From NCBI GenBank assembly GCA_905210905.1, contig CAJLYQ010000002.1:1-58706 (forward strand): a stretch of DNA of 58,706 nucleotides. The letters run 5' to 3'. The position numbers were made by a program, and so were the translations under genes. Positions 29,684 through 38,246 of the stretch are shown piece after piece. Source of the stretch: an uncultured Christensenella sp. (GTDB taxonomy: Bacteria > Bacillota > Clostridia > Christensenellales > DTU072). The notes beneath the pieces are model-generated. The model did no database searches. It had not been told where the DNA came from and saw only the letters and a list, made by a program, of their open reading frames with translations. Position 1 is the stretch's first letter. The number at the start of each line of letters is the position of its first letter.

Positions 29684-31426
29684 TTAGAATCTGTCGCGTT
29701 TAACGTATTCCGTGTGCAGAATTTCGTGCGCTTTGTGACTGTTGGGTTGACCGAGATAAGTGTCGTACAATTCCTTAATAACGGGATTTTCGTGACTCTT
29801 TCTGAGTTTCATCGACTTATCGGAGTCGTACATACCCTTAATTCTTGCCGCCTTGTAATCAACGTTGTTTCTTTCGTAAGCAGTCTTGATAGGTTGACCG
29901 CCGCCGTTTACGCAACCGCCGGGGCAGGACATGATTTCAATGAAGTGATAGTTGCATTTGCCTTGCTTAATCATATCGCAAAGTACTTTTGCGTTACTCA
30001 AACTGCTTGCTACGGCAACCCTAACTTCGATTCCTGCAATATTATAGGTCGCTTCTTTGATTCCTTCCAGACCTCTGACTTCGTTGAAGTCGATAGCGTC
30101 GAAACTCTTTCCTTCGAGAACTTCCCTTACGGTACGGAGAGCCGCTTCCATAACGCCGCCGGTTACGCCGAAGATAAGACCCGCGCCGCTTCCGATTCCG
30201 AGAGGAGCGTCGAATTCCGCGTCCGGAATTTCGTTATAGAGAATACCTTCTCTCTTGATAAGTCTTGCGAGTTCTCTCGTTGTAAGAACCGCGTCGATGT
30301 CGGGTACGCCCGCCGCGTTTTGATGCGCTCTCGTTTTTTCAAACTTCTTAGCGGTACAAGGCATAACGCTTACGACGTAAATATCTTTGGGATCTTTGCC
30401 GATTTTTTCCGCGTAATAAGTTTTTACGATCGCACCGAACATTTGTTGCGGAGATTTGCAGGAAGAAAGGTTGGGGATAAGTTCGGGATAGTAGTGTTCT
30501 ACGTACTTAATCCAAGCCGGAGAGCAAGAAGTCATCATCGGCAATACTCCGCCGTTCTTAACTCTGTTAAGGAATTCGTAACCTTCTTCCATAATGGTAA
30601 GGTCTGCGGAGAAGTCGACGTCGAATACTGCGTCCGCGCCGAGCGCTTTGATAGCCGCTACCATTTTCTTTTCGGTGTTCGTTCCGATAGCGTATCCGAA
30701 TTCTTCACTTATTCCCACTCTTACCGCAGGAGCCGTTCCGAATACTACGTATTTGTCGGGGTTATTGATTGCAGCCGTTACTTCGTCGATTTCGTCTTTT
30801 TCTCTGAGCGCGCCCGTCGGGCAAACGGTGATGCACTGTCCGCAACCCACGCATGCGACTTCGTTAAGATTTTTAAGGAAGTAACTTCCTATGCTCGTAT
30901 CGAAACCACGGCTGTTCGCGCCGATAACCGCAACGCCCTGATATTTTTTGCACGCCGCTACGCATCTGCGGCAGAGAATACATTTATTGTTGTCTCTTAC
31001 GATATAAGGCGTGGTTTCGTCGATTGCGTATTCGTTCTTCATTCCCGCGTATTTTCCGCTTTCGCAACCGAGTTCTCTCGAAAGGGTTTGCAGTTCGCAA
31101 TTTTCGCTTCTTACGCAACTCAAACAATCCTGATGATGATCGCTGAGCAAAAGTTCTACCGTCATTTTTCTGGAATTAAGAACTCTGGGGGTGTTGGTGA
31201 ACACTTCCATACCTTCGTTAACGGGATATACGCACGCCGCAACAAGGCTTCTCGCGCCCTTAACTTCGCATACGCAAACACGGCAAGCGCCGATCGCGTT
31301 GATATCTCTCAAATAGCAAAGCGTGGGAATTTTAATTCCTGCGGTTCTCGCCGCGTCGAGAATGGTAGTCCCTTGAGGCACGCTTACCGCTTTTCCGTTT
31401 ATTTTCAAATTAACCATATTTTCCAT
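29684..31426 (-). CDS. hydA: [FeFe]-hydrogenase catalytic subunit (HydA/HndD-like)
   Basis: 580 aa with N-terminal 2Fe-2S and 4Fe-4S Cys motifs. H-cluster motifs are TSCSPAW (non-canonical), MPCTAKKFE and EIMSCPGGCVNGGGQP. Confidence 0.93.
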   Translation of the reverse strand: MENMVNLKINGKAVSVPQGTTILDAARTAGIKIPTLCYLRDINAIGACRVCVCEVKGARSLVAACVYPVNEGMEVFTNTPRVLNSRKMTVELLLSDHHQDCLSCVRSENCELQTLSRELGCESGKYAGMKNEYAIDETTPYIVRDNNKCILCRRCVAACKKYQGVAVIGANSRGFDTSIGSYFLKNLNEVACVGCGQCITVCPTGALREKDEIDEVTAAINNPDKYVVFGTAPAVRVGISEEFGYAIGTNTEKKMVAAIKALGADAVFDVDFSADLTIMEEGYEFLNRVKNGGVLPMMTSCSPAWIKYVEHYYPELIPNLSSCKSPQQMFGAIVKTYYAEKIGKDPKDIYVVSVMPCTAKKFEKTRAHQNAAGVPDIDAVLTTRELARLIKREGILYNEIPDAEFDAPLGIGSGAGLIFGVTGGVMEAALRTVREVLEGKSFDAIDFNEVRGLEGIKEATYNIAGIEVRVAVASSLSNAKVLCDMIKQGKCNYHFIEIMSCPGGCVNGGGQPIKTAYERNNVDYKAARIKGMYDSDKSMKLRKSHENPVIKELYDTYLGQPNSHKAHEILHTEYVKRDRF

Positions 31427-31440
31427 TGTGTACCTCCGAA

Positions 31441-33222
31441 CTATTTCTTAATGATCGCGCCGAACTTACAGTTTTCGATACAAGCGCCGCACTTAATGCA
31501 CTTCTTCGTGTCGATTACGTGTTTTTGTCTTACCGCACCGCTGATCGCTTCTACGGGGCAGTTACGCGCGCACTTCGTACAACCTTTACATGCGTCGGTA
31601 ATCTGGAACGTGATAAGTTTCTTGCATACGCCGGCAGGACATCTCTTCTCTACGATATGCGCTACGTATTCGTCTCTGAAGTATCTGAGCGTGGATAGTA
31701 CCGGGTTGGGCGCGGTTTGTCCGAGTCCGCAGAGCGAGTTGTCTTTGATGTAATAGCAAAGTTTTTCCATATCGTCCAAATCCTGAAGCGTCGCCGTTCC
31801 GTTGGTTATCTTATTCAGATATTCGAGCAATCTCTTGTTACCGATACGGCAAGGCGTACATTTTCCGCAACTTTCGTCTACGGTAAACTCAAGGAAGAAT
31901 TTCGCTATGTCGACCATACAGTTGTCTTCGTCCATAACTATCATACCGCCCGATCCCATCATAGAACCGATGGAGATAAGGTTGTCGTAGTCGATCGGAA
32001 TATCGAAATGTTCGGCAGGAATACAGCCGCCCGAAGGACCGCCGGTTTGCGCCGCCTTGAATTTCTTTCCGTGCGGCACTCCGCCGCCGATATCGTCGAT
32101 AACTTCTCTCAGAGTCGTACCCATAGGAATTTCTACGAGTCCGGTGTTGGTTATTTTACCGCCGAGCGCGAAAACTTTCGTTCCTTTGGATCTTTCCGTA
32201 CCCATCGACGCAAACCAATCGGCGCCTTTAAGAATAATTTGCGCGATGTTTGCGTAAGTTTCTACGTTGTTAAGGATAGACGGTTTTCCGAACAAACCTT
32301 TAACCGCCGGGAACGGAGGTCTGGGTCTCGGCTCACCGCGGTTTCCTTCGATACTCGTCATAAGAGCGGTTTCTTCACCGCATACGAACGCGCCCGCGCC
32401 GAGCCTGATGTCTATATCGAAATCAAATCCCGTACCGAGTATGTTCTTTCCAAGCAATCCGTATTCACGCGCCTGTTTTATCGCTATTTTACATCTTTCA
32501 ACCGCAATCGGGTACTCCGCGCGACAATATATATAACCTTGATGGGATCCGATTGCAAAACCCGCAATAGCCATTGCTTCGAGTACGGCGTGCGGATCGC
32601 CTTCCAAAACCGACCTGTCCATAAACGCTCCGGGGTCGCCTTCGTCCGCGTTACAGCAAACGTATTTCACCGGTCCGGGTTGCATATACGCAAACTGCCA
32701 TTTCTTACCGGTCGGGAATCCCGCGCCTCCTCTTCCTCTGAGTCCGGATTTGGTGATTACGTCGATGACTTCTTGCGGTTTCATTTCCGTAAGAACTTTG
32801 ATAAGTGCCTGATAACCGTCGTGCGCTATGTATTCGTCGATATTTTCAGGGTCGATTACGCCGCAGTTACGGAGCGCAACCCTGGTTTGCTTCTTATAAA
32901 AATTCGTATCCGAGAGCGACTTAACCGCCGCTTCGTTTTTCTCTTGGTGAAGGAGTCTGGTTACTATTCTGCCTTTAATAATATGTTCGCAGACGATTTC
33001 GTCTACGTCTTCCACTCTGACGCCGTGATAAAACGCGCCTTCGGGGTATACGATGATAACGGGACCTACCGCACAAAGACCGAAACAACCTGTTCTGATA
33101 ACCTGTACATCGTTTTCCAGTCCCTTTTCTTTAAGAATTCTGTCAAATTCATCGTGAATTTTTCCGCTGTTGTTGGAAGTACAGCCCGTTCCGCCGCAAA
33201 CTAATATATGGTTTCTGTACAT
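31441..33222 (-). CDS. hydB: NuoF-like flavoprotein subunit of the hydrogenase (HydB/HndC-like)
   Basis: 593 aa with GRGGAGFPTGKKW, ESCGKCTPCR and C-terminal 2x[4Fe-4S] ferredoxin motifs. Confidence 0.92.
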   Translation of the reverse strand: MYRNHILVCGGTGCTSNNSGKIHDEFDRILKEKGLENDVQVIRTGCFGLCAVGPVIIVYPEGAFYHGVRVEDVDEIVCEHIIKGRIVTRLLHQEKNEAAVKSLSDTNFYKKQTRVALRNCGVIDPENIDEYIAHDGYQALIKVLTEMKPQEVIDVITKSGLRGRGGAGFPTGKKWQFAYMQPGPVKYVCCNADEGDPGAFMDRSVLEGDPHAVLEAMAIAGFAIGSHQGYIYCRAEYPIAVERCKIAIKQAREYGLLGKNILGTGFDFDIDIRLGAGAFVCGEETALMTSIEGNRGEPRPRPPFPAVKGLFGKPSILNNVETYANIAQIILKGADWFASMGTERSKGTKVFALGGKITNTGLVEIPMGTTLREVIDDIGGGVPHGKKFKAAQTGGPSGGCIPAEHFDIPIDYDNLISIGSMMGSGGMIVMDEDNCMVDIAKFFLEFTVDESCGKCTPCRIGNKRLLEYLNKITNGTATLQDLDDMEKLCYYIKDNSLCGLGQTAPNPVLSTLRYFRDEYVAHIVEKRCPAGVCKKLITFQITDACKGCTKCARNCPVEAISGAVRQKHVIDTKKCIKCGACIENCKFGAIIKK

Positions 33223-33232
33223 TATTGCCTCC

Positions 33233-33601
33233 TTACTCGTTGGTAATTAAATATTCCGTGCAGATATTGCCGTTTACGATGTGATTGGCAATAATATTTC
33301 TGGCCTTTTCGGGCGTAACGTGAACGTAAGTAACCTTTTCTTTCCCCGGAACGAAAACTTCGATGATCGGTTCCAGTTTACACATTCCCAGACAACCGGC
33401 GCGGCTTACCTTTACGTCGGTAAGTTTTCTTGTCGCTACTTCGTCCACCAACGCGTTGAAAACGGGTCTTGCGCCTGCGGATATACCGCAGGTCGCCATT
33501 CCGACCACTATTCTCGTTTCCTGTGCGTCGGGATTATCTCTCAATATAATCTGAGACTGCATTTTTTCGCGTATTGCTTTTATATCGGCGATACTTTTCA
33601 T
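33233..33601 (-). CDS. thioredoxin-like [2Fe-2S] ferredoxin (HndB-like)
   Basis: 122 aa with MATCGISAG..RAGCLGMCKLEP. Confidence 0.8.
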   Translation of the reverse strand: MKSIADIKAIREKMQSQIILRDNPDAQETRIVVGMATCGISAGARPVFNALVDEVATRKLTDVKVSRAGCLGMCKLEPIIEVFVPGKEKVTYVHVTPEKARNIIANHIVNGNICTEYLITNE

Positions 33602-34146
33602 AGAACTACTCCTCCTAGTATTGTTTGTATGTTTTCTTGTATTGTTTCTTTTACGAACCGCAACACGTACGGTTCGTCAATCGGCGCGTCTTCGAGTTGC
33701 TCCTTTAACTCCCCGGTATCGAACGCAAACTCGTTTCCCTTGTATCGGAAAGAAAATCTCAGTTCGATATCCGTACATGCCGGTAGCAACGCTATAATCG
33801 TTTCTGACAAGTCTCCGAGCGGCGGTCTGTCTATATTTTCGATAACGAACGACGCAAAGACCCTTGTCCCGACGCCTTCGGTCGAGTAGATCGCAAATTC
33901 TCCTCCGCTCATTTCCGCTTCCATCTTGAACAGCGGTATTCCCAGTCCGACGGTCCTGGTATTACGCGTCGTCGTATACGGGTCGGTTACTTTCGCTAAG
34001 AACTCTTTGCTCATTCCGCAACCGTCGTCGGTAATCTCTATCGTCAGCAGTCCTTTGTCCGCTATAACTTTTATTTCTATGTTCTTTGCCCCGGCTTTAA
34101 TCGAGTTATCCGCGATGTCGAGCACGTTCAACGCAAGTTCACGCAT
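33598..34146 (-). CDS. histidine-kinase-like ATPase (HATPase_c only)
   Basis: 182 aa with NVLDIADNSIKAGA, DDGCGM and GLGIPL. Confidence 0.75.
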   Translation of the reverse strand: MRELALNVLDIADNSIKAGAKNIEIKVIADKGLLTIEITDDGCGMSKEFLAKVTDPYTTTRNTRTVGLGIPLFKMEAEMSGGEFAIYSTEGVGTRVFASFVIENIDRPPLGDLSETIIALLPACTDIELRFSFRYKGNEFAFDTGELKEQLEDAPIDEPYVLRFVKETIQENIQTILGGVVL

Positions 34147-34148
34147 AG

Positions 34149-34838
34149 TTATTTCCCCGTCAGGTAATCCAGCAACGCTTTCGCCGAGCAGTCTTCAAGT
34201 TCGATTTCGCTCGAACTTCCTATATCTTCCGCTTTGTGCGCGTCGGAATTAACCAGAACTTTATATTTTTTCGCATAATGACTTACTACGTCACGTTTTG
34301 CCGACAAAGACAACTCAATCGCTTCGTAACCTTCTTCCACCATCCCCAAAACCTGCACCATACCGTTCGCTTCACGATCGATATGAGCCGCAACCGCCAC
34401 ACCGCCGTATTTCTTAACTGCTGACGGTAGGTGCCTTGACGACACCGTTGCGGATACCAAAAGAAGGTTTTCGCGTTTACCGATAACGTTATCGTCCTCG
34501 TCCATAATCAGTTGTTCTCCGAAAATTTCTTCCTTGTTTTTGATTTCGGGGAAAACCAAAGTTTTGTAAAATTTTTCAAGGTTCTCATACGTTTCAAACA
34601 GACATAGCACATGTATGTCTTCGGCAGTTTGAACTTCAATGGCGGGTACGACCGTTACGCCGAACGCATCTCCCGCTTTCATAGCGGTCGGAACGTTGTC
34701 GATTGCGTTATGATCCGATACCGCTATCATGTCTAACCCGTTAAGTTTGGCTTGACCGACTATATTGACGGGCGTCATATCGTTTTCCGCGCATGGGCTC
34801 AACGCGCTGTGGATATGACAGTCATAACGTATTTTCAT
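34149..34838 (-). CDS. PHP-domain phosphoesterase
   Basis: 229 aa with DCHIHSALSPCA and AVSDHN. Confidence 0.75.
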   Translation of the reverse strand: MKIRYDCHIHSALSPCAENDMTPVNIVGQAKLNGLDMIAVSDHNAIDNVPTAMKAGDAFGVTVVPAIEVQTAEDIHVLCLFETYENLEKFYKTLVFPEIKNKEEIFGEQLIMDEDDNVIGKRENLLLVSATVSSRHLPSAVKKYGGVAVAAHIDREANGMVQVLGMVEEGYEAIELSLSAKRDVVSHYAKKYKVLVNSDAHKAEDIGSSSEIELEDCSAKALLDYLTGK

Positions 34839-35161
34839 TTCGACGAATACTTTATTATCGCTTCGTATATGTCAAGATCGGTCCCCAACATATTTACGTT
34901 ATGCTCTTTCGCCTTTTCAAGTAATTGCGGCATAGGCTCGCAACCTTCGCAAAGGACTATTACCCCGACGTCGGCAAGCGTTGCGACCGCGCAAACGTTT
35001 ACGTTCGTCATTACCGTGAACCAAGCGCACGACGACGGCGCCCTGCCCATAACGAAACTGAGAAAATCTCCGGCATAGCCGCCGCTTATTTCTCTGTCGG
35101 GATCGCCTACGTTATATATTGTCGCGTTAAGTGCTTTCGCTACGTCTTGTATCTTATTCAC
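34835..35161 (-). CDS. DRTGG-domain protein
   Basis: 108 aa, paralogous to 36841..37188, in the hydrogenase regulatory context. Confidence 0.6.
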   Translation of the reverse strand: MNKIQDVAKALNATIYNVGDPDREISGGYAGDFLSFVMGRAPSSCAWFTVMTNVNVCAVATLADVGVIVLCEGCEPMPQLLEKAKEHNVNMLGTDLDIYEAIIKYSSK

Positions 35162-36389
35162 AATAATCCTTAAAAGTACATTTCGATTCGGGCGGTATAA
35201 CGCCGTTTACCAAATCTTCGGCAAATGCGCGACACGAAGGCGCTCCGCACATTCCGCAGTCGCGATGCGGTAACTCGTTAAAGATTTTTTCTATCTCCAA
35301 CATTTTCTTCATCGCAGTTACTCTATCCGTAGATAACGAATATACGTCTTTTAATTCCGGTACTCGTTCCCACATATAGAATTCCAACCCTTGCCCCTCG
35401 TCGGCAAGTTCGTTATATTTAATAGGCAGTTTTTTTCGTAACTGTCTTATTCTCGCTTTCGCTACGAAGGGGTTTTCGACGTTCATTACTCCGCCGACGC
35501 AACCTCCGACGCATGCGTTAAGTTCGATAAATTCCACGTTGCCGAGTTGCCCGTCTTCAAGCGCGTTAAGCACTTTTATGACGTTTTCTATCCCGTCGGC
35601 AGCAAGATATTTTTCTCGAGAACAATTTCCGGATTCTCCTCCGCTTGACGCCCACGAAATGCCTTGCGCGCTTAGTCTTGTCATAGGTTTCGGCTCTACG
35701 TTTTTCATTATAGGTACTAACTGCATATACACTTCACTTGCGGACAATACCCCGTCCACGTACGGACTGTCTACGCCGATTCCCTGTTTAAGCGCAAAAA
35801 CCTTTGCAGGACACGGAGATATAAAAAACACGCCCATGTCCTCTCTTTTTATTCCTTTGTCAAACGCCCTCTTTATCGCAAGTTTTGCCGCAACGTCAAC
35901 CGGTGCGAGCAATTCTAATAAATGCGACTTCAAATCGTGAAACCGTACTAAAATCAAATCCAGTATTGCCGGACACGCGGTACTGATTACCGGTTTTTTT
36001 AACGCGCCTCTGTCAAAAAGTATTTTAGTAAGTTCCGAGCAAAGATTTGCACCTTTGCCTACTTCGTATACGTCGTCAAACCCCATTTCCAACAATCCGT
36101 TAAGCACGTAGTCGATGTTTGTGAGATTATCGAACTGTCCGTAAAACGACGGCGCGGGCAACGCGATTTTATATTTGTAATTTTTTATCACTTCGAGCGA
36201 GTCATACGACGGCAACTTCGCTTGATGCGGACAAAGTCTTACGCACTCGCCGCAACCGATACAGCGTTCGTACATTACGCTGGCTTTACCGTTCCTAACG
36301 CGAATCGCTTCCGTAGGACAACGTTTCATGCAGGTGACACAACCCTTGCATTTGTTCGGATCAAGAATAACGGTATTGTGTTTCGGCAC
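35154..36389 (-). CDS. HydS-like putative sensory [FeFe]-hydrogenase
   Basis: 411 aa with N-terminal 2x[4Fe-4S]. H-cluster-like motifs are STACPA (Ala at the proton-relay Cys position), SPCPAK and ELNACVGGCVGG. The C-terminus carries the CGMCGAPSC Fe-S motif. Confidence 0.8.
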   Translation of the reverse strand: MPKHNTVILDPNKCKGCVTCMKRCPTEAIRVRNGKASVMYERCIGCGECVRLCPHQAKLPSYDSLEVIKNYKYKIALPAPSFYGQFDNLTNIDYVLNGLLEMGFDDVYEVGKGANLCSELTKILFDRGALKKPVISTACPAILDLILVRFHDLKSHLLELLAPVDVAAKLAIKRAFDKGIKREDMGVFFISPCPAKVFALKQGIGVDSPYVDGVLSASEVYMQLVPIMKNVEPKPMTRLSAQGISWASSGGESGNCSREKYLAADGIENVIKVLNALEDGQLGNVEFIELNACVGGCVGGVMNVENPFVAKARIRQLRKKLPIKYNELADEGQGLEFYMWERVPELKDVYSLSTDRVTAMKKMLEIEKIFNELPHRDCGMCGAPSCRAFAEDLVNGVIPPESKCTFKDYCE

Positions 36390-36411
36390 TTTCAGTTCCT
36401 CCCTCGTCGTC

Positions 36412-36837
36412 TTAACCGAAATTAACTCTCAGATATACTTTTGTCCCTTTTCCTACTTCGCTCTCGATTTTGAATTCGTCCGTATATTTTTTAATATTCG
36501 GCAAACCCATACCTGCGCCGAACCCCAACCCTCTTATGTCGTCGCTTGCGGTTGACCAACCGGGTTTCATTGCAAGTTCTATATTCTCAATTCCTTTTCC
36601 GTGGTCTTCAAGGAAAACTTCGATTCTGTCCGTATAAATTTCCGCGCGCGCTTTACCTCCGCACGCGTGTATAACCATATTGATTTCCGCTTCGTACATG
36701 GCAATCGCGATACGTCTGACGTCGTGATTCGAAACGCCTAAATTTTTAAGCGTATCCTTTACGTGATTAGTTGCCGCCCCGGCAGAAGTAAAATTATTGC
36801 CTGCGACGTCAAATTCCAAGCAAAGAGCGCCCAGCAT
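36412..36837 (-). CDS. anti-sigma/serine-kinase-like HATPase protein
   Basis: 141 aa with AMYEAEINMVIH, DHGKGI and GFGAGMGLPNI. Confidence 0.75.
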   Translation of the reverse strand: MLGALCLEFDVAGNNFTSAGAATNHVKDTLKNLGVSNHDVRRIAIAMYEAEINMVIHACGGKARAEIYTDRIEVFLEDHGKGIENIELAMKPGWSTASDDIRGLGFGAGMGLPNIKKYTDEFKIESEVGKGTKVYLRVNFG

Positions 36838-36840
36838 TTA

Positions 36841-37188
36841 TCAGCCCTCCGATTTCAGTCCCGCCTCATAAAGCATTCCGCACGCGGCAAACATCCTAAG
36901 CGGCGAGGACAATATCGCTATTCTTTTTTCTTCTGCAAGTTGTAACATAACGGAATCCGGCTCTTTTCCTCGCACGAGAACCACGCATACCATATCCATC
37001 ATTACGGCCGTACGTATAACCTGCGGATTACATAATCCCGTAATAAGTACCGCTTGGTCTTTCACAAATGCCAAAACGTCGCTCATCATGTCCGACGCGC
37101 AAGCGGAATTAACTTCGGTATTCATCATCGCGTCGTCCGCAAACAACACGTTGGCATTCAAAACTTTGACTATGTCTTTTATCTTCAC
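36841..37188 (-). CDS. DRTGG-domain protein
   Basis: 115 aa, with context and paralogy to 34835..35161. Confidence 0.6.
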   Translation of the reverse strand: MKIKDIVKVLNANVLFADDAMMNTEVNSACASDMMSDVLAFVKDQAVLITGLCNPQVIRTAVMMDMVCVVLVRGKEPDSVMLQLAEEKRIAILSSPLRMFAACGMLYEAGLKSEG

Positions 37189-37221
37189 GCTTGTTCTCCC
37201 TAAAATTATAACCGCAAAAAA

Positions 37222-37719
37222 TTATTGATATTTAGCGATAATGGCAGGGATATCGTCGGGAACGATTTTGCCGTAAACGTCGCCGTTGACCGTCATAACG
37301 GGAGCCAATCCGCAACAACCTATACAACGTGTCGCGCAAAGCGAGTATCTCCCGTCCGCGCTGGTCGCGCCGTCGACAAGTCCGAGTTCTCTTTCGAGTC
37401 TGGACATTATGTCGCCCGAACCTTTTACGTAGCACGCCGTACCCAAACAAACCGCCATAGCGTATTTTCCTTTCGGATTAAGCGAGAACTGAGCATAAAA
37501 AGTGGATACTCCGAAAACTTCTTCAAGCGATAATCCGAGTTCTTCGGCTACCATTTTTTGAACTTCTATCGGTAAGTATCCATAGATTGCTTGTGCTTCT
37601 TGTAAAGCAGGCATTAGCGCGCCGCCCATATCTTTCATCGAAACCAGACGAGAACGCAGTTCTTTTTCTTGTTCCGCAGTTCCCGCGAAAGGAACGTCGC
37701 TGATGTTAATTCTTCCCAT
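37222..37719 (-). CDS. hydC: NuoE-like [2Fe-2S] subunit of the hydrogenase (HydC/HndA-like)
   Basis: CLGTACYVKG..CIGCCGLAP. The ATG at 37719 follows a GGAGG RBS. The ORF-track extension to 37800 runs into the promoter. Confidence 0.88.
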   Translation of the reverse strand: MGRINISDVPFAGTAEQEKELRSRLVSMKDMGGALMPALQEAQAIYGYLPIEVQKMVAEELGLSLEEVFGVSTFYAQFSLNPKGKYAMAVCLGTACYVKGSGDIMSRLERELGLVDGATSADGRYSLCATRCIGCCGLAPVMTVNGDVYGKIVPDDIPAIIAKYQ

Positions 37720-37771
37720 TATGTACCTCCGGTGATAAAATCCGTAATGATATATAGTTATATCAAAAGAT

Positions 37772-37800
37772 ATGTTACCATAACAAACACGCTTTGGCAA
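37772..37800 (-). promoter_or_regulatory. candidate promoter of the hydrogenase operon
   Basis: TTGCCA (37800..37795), a 17-nt spacer, then TAACAT (37777..37772) with an upstream TGg. Confidence 0.5.
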
Positions 37801-37914
37801 TATCTTTTTCTAAAAAAAATCGTTTTGTCGAATGGCGTCGAAAAAAAATACGCGGTATTTCGTTTTGCGGATAAAATAACCGTAAAAAAAGAATTATATT
37901 TTCCTTATAATTCG

Positions 37915-37943
37915 TTGACAACGATTTTTTGTAATGTTATGCT
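37915..37943 (+). promoter_or_regulatory. sigma-A-type promoter of the second T-box leader
   Basis: TTGACA (37915-37920), a 17-nt spacer, then TATGCT (37938-37943). Confidence 0.6.
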
Positions 37944-37949
37944 TGAAAA

Positions 37950-38216
37950 GTCGAACAACAAAAGGCTTTGACGAAGACGGTCGAAAAAAATGCTTCCAGA
38001 GAGTCCGCGGTCGGTGCGAGCGGATAAGCGGATTTTCACAAACCTATCACTTCCGAGCCGAAACCAAGAAAGCGCGAAGCGCAAGTAGACGGTTTCCGTG
38101 AATGCACGTCACAGCATAGGGCTTGATTGAGCCGTAGAGAGGCGCACTTCGTTGCGCAATTTGAGTGGTACCGCGGGCTGAACCCGTCTCAAAGTTTATT
38201 TTGAGGCGGTTTTTTT
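37950..38216 (+). promoter_or_regulatory. T-box riboswitch leader (best-guess specifier ATC, Ile)
   Basis: Stem I has CCAGAGAG (37996-38003) and the distal loop GGTCGGTGCGA. There is a K-turn-like GGC-TTT-GA / GA-GCC. The candidate specifier is ATC-A (38046-38049) just before the CTTC/GAAG helix. The T-box is TTGAGTGGTACCGCGGG (38161-38177). The terminator is CCGTCTCAAA/TTTGAGGCGG plus T7 (38184-38216). Confidence 0.8.
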
Positions 38217-38246
38217 ATCGACAAAAACCGTCGGGAGGATTAAATA

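Noticed and set aside
29714-31753. 679-aa plus-strand ORF, together with similar long ORFs at 15203-16330, 16443-17816, 23238-24608, 27219-28505, 31717-33204 and 2355-3242
   Set aside because: These are antisense shadow ORFs opposite strongly supported minus-strand genes (hydA/hydB, gpmI, tpiA/pgk, ABC, lipoprotein, priA). They have Arg/Phe/Ser-rich nonsense composition.
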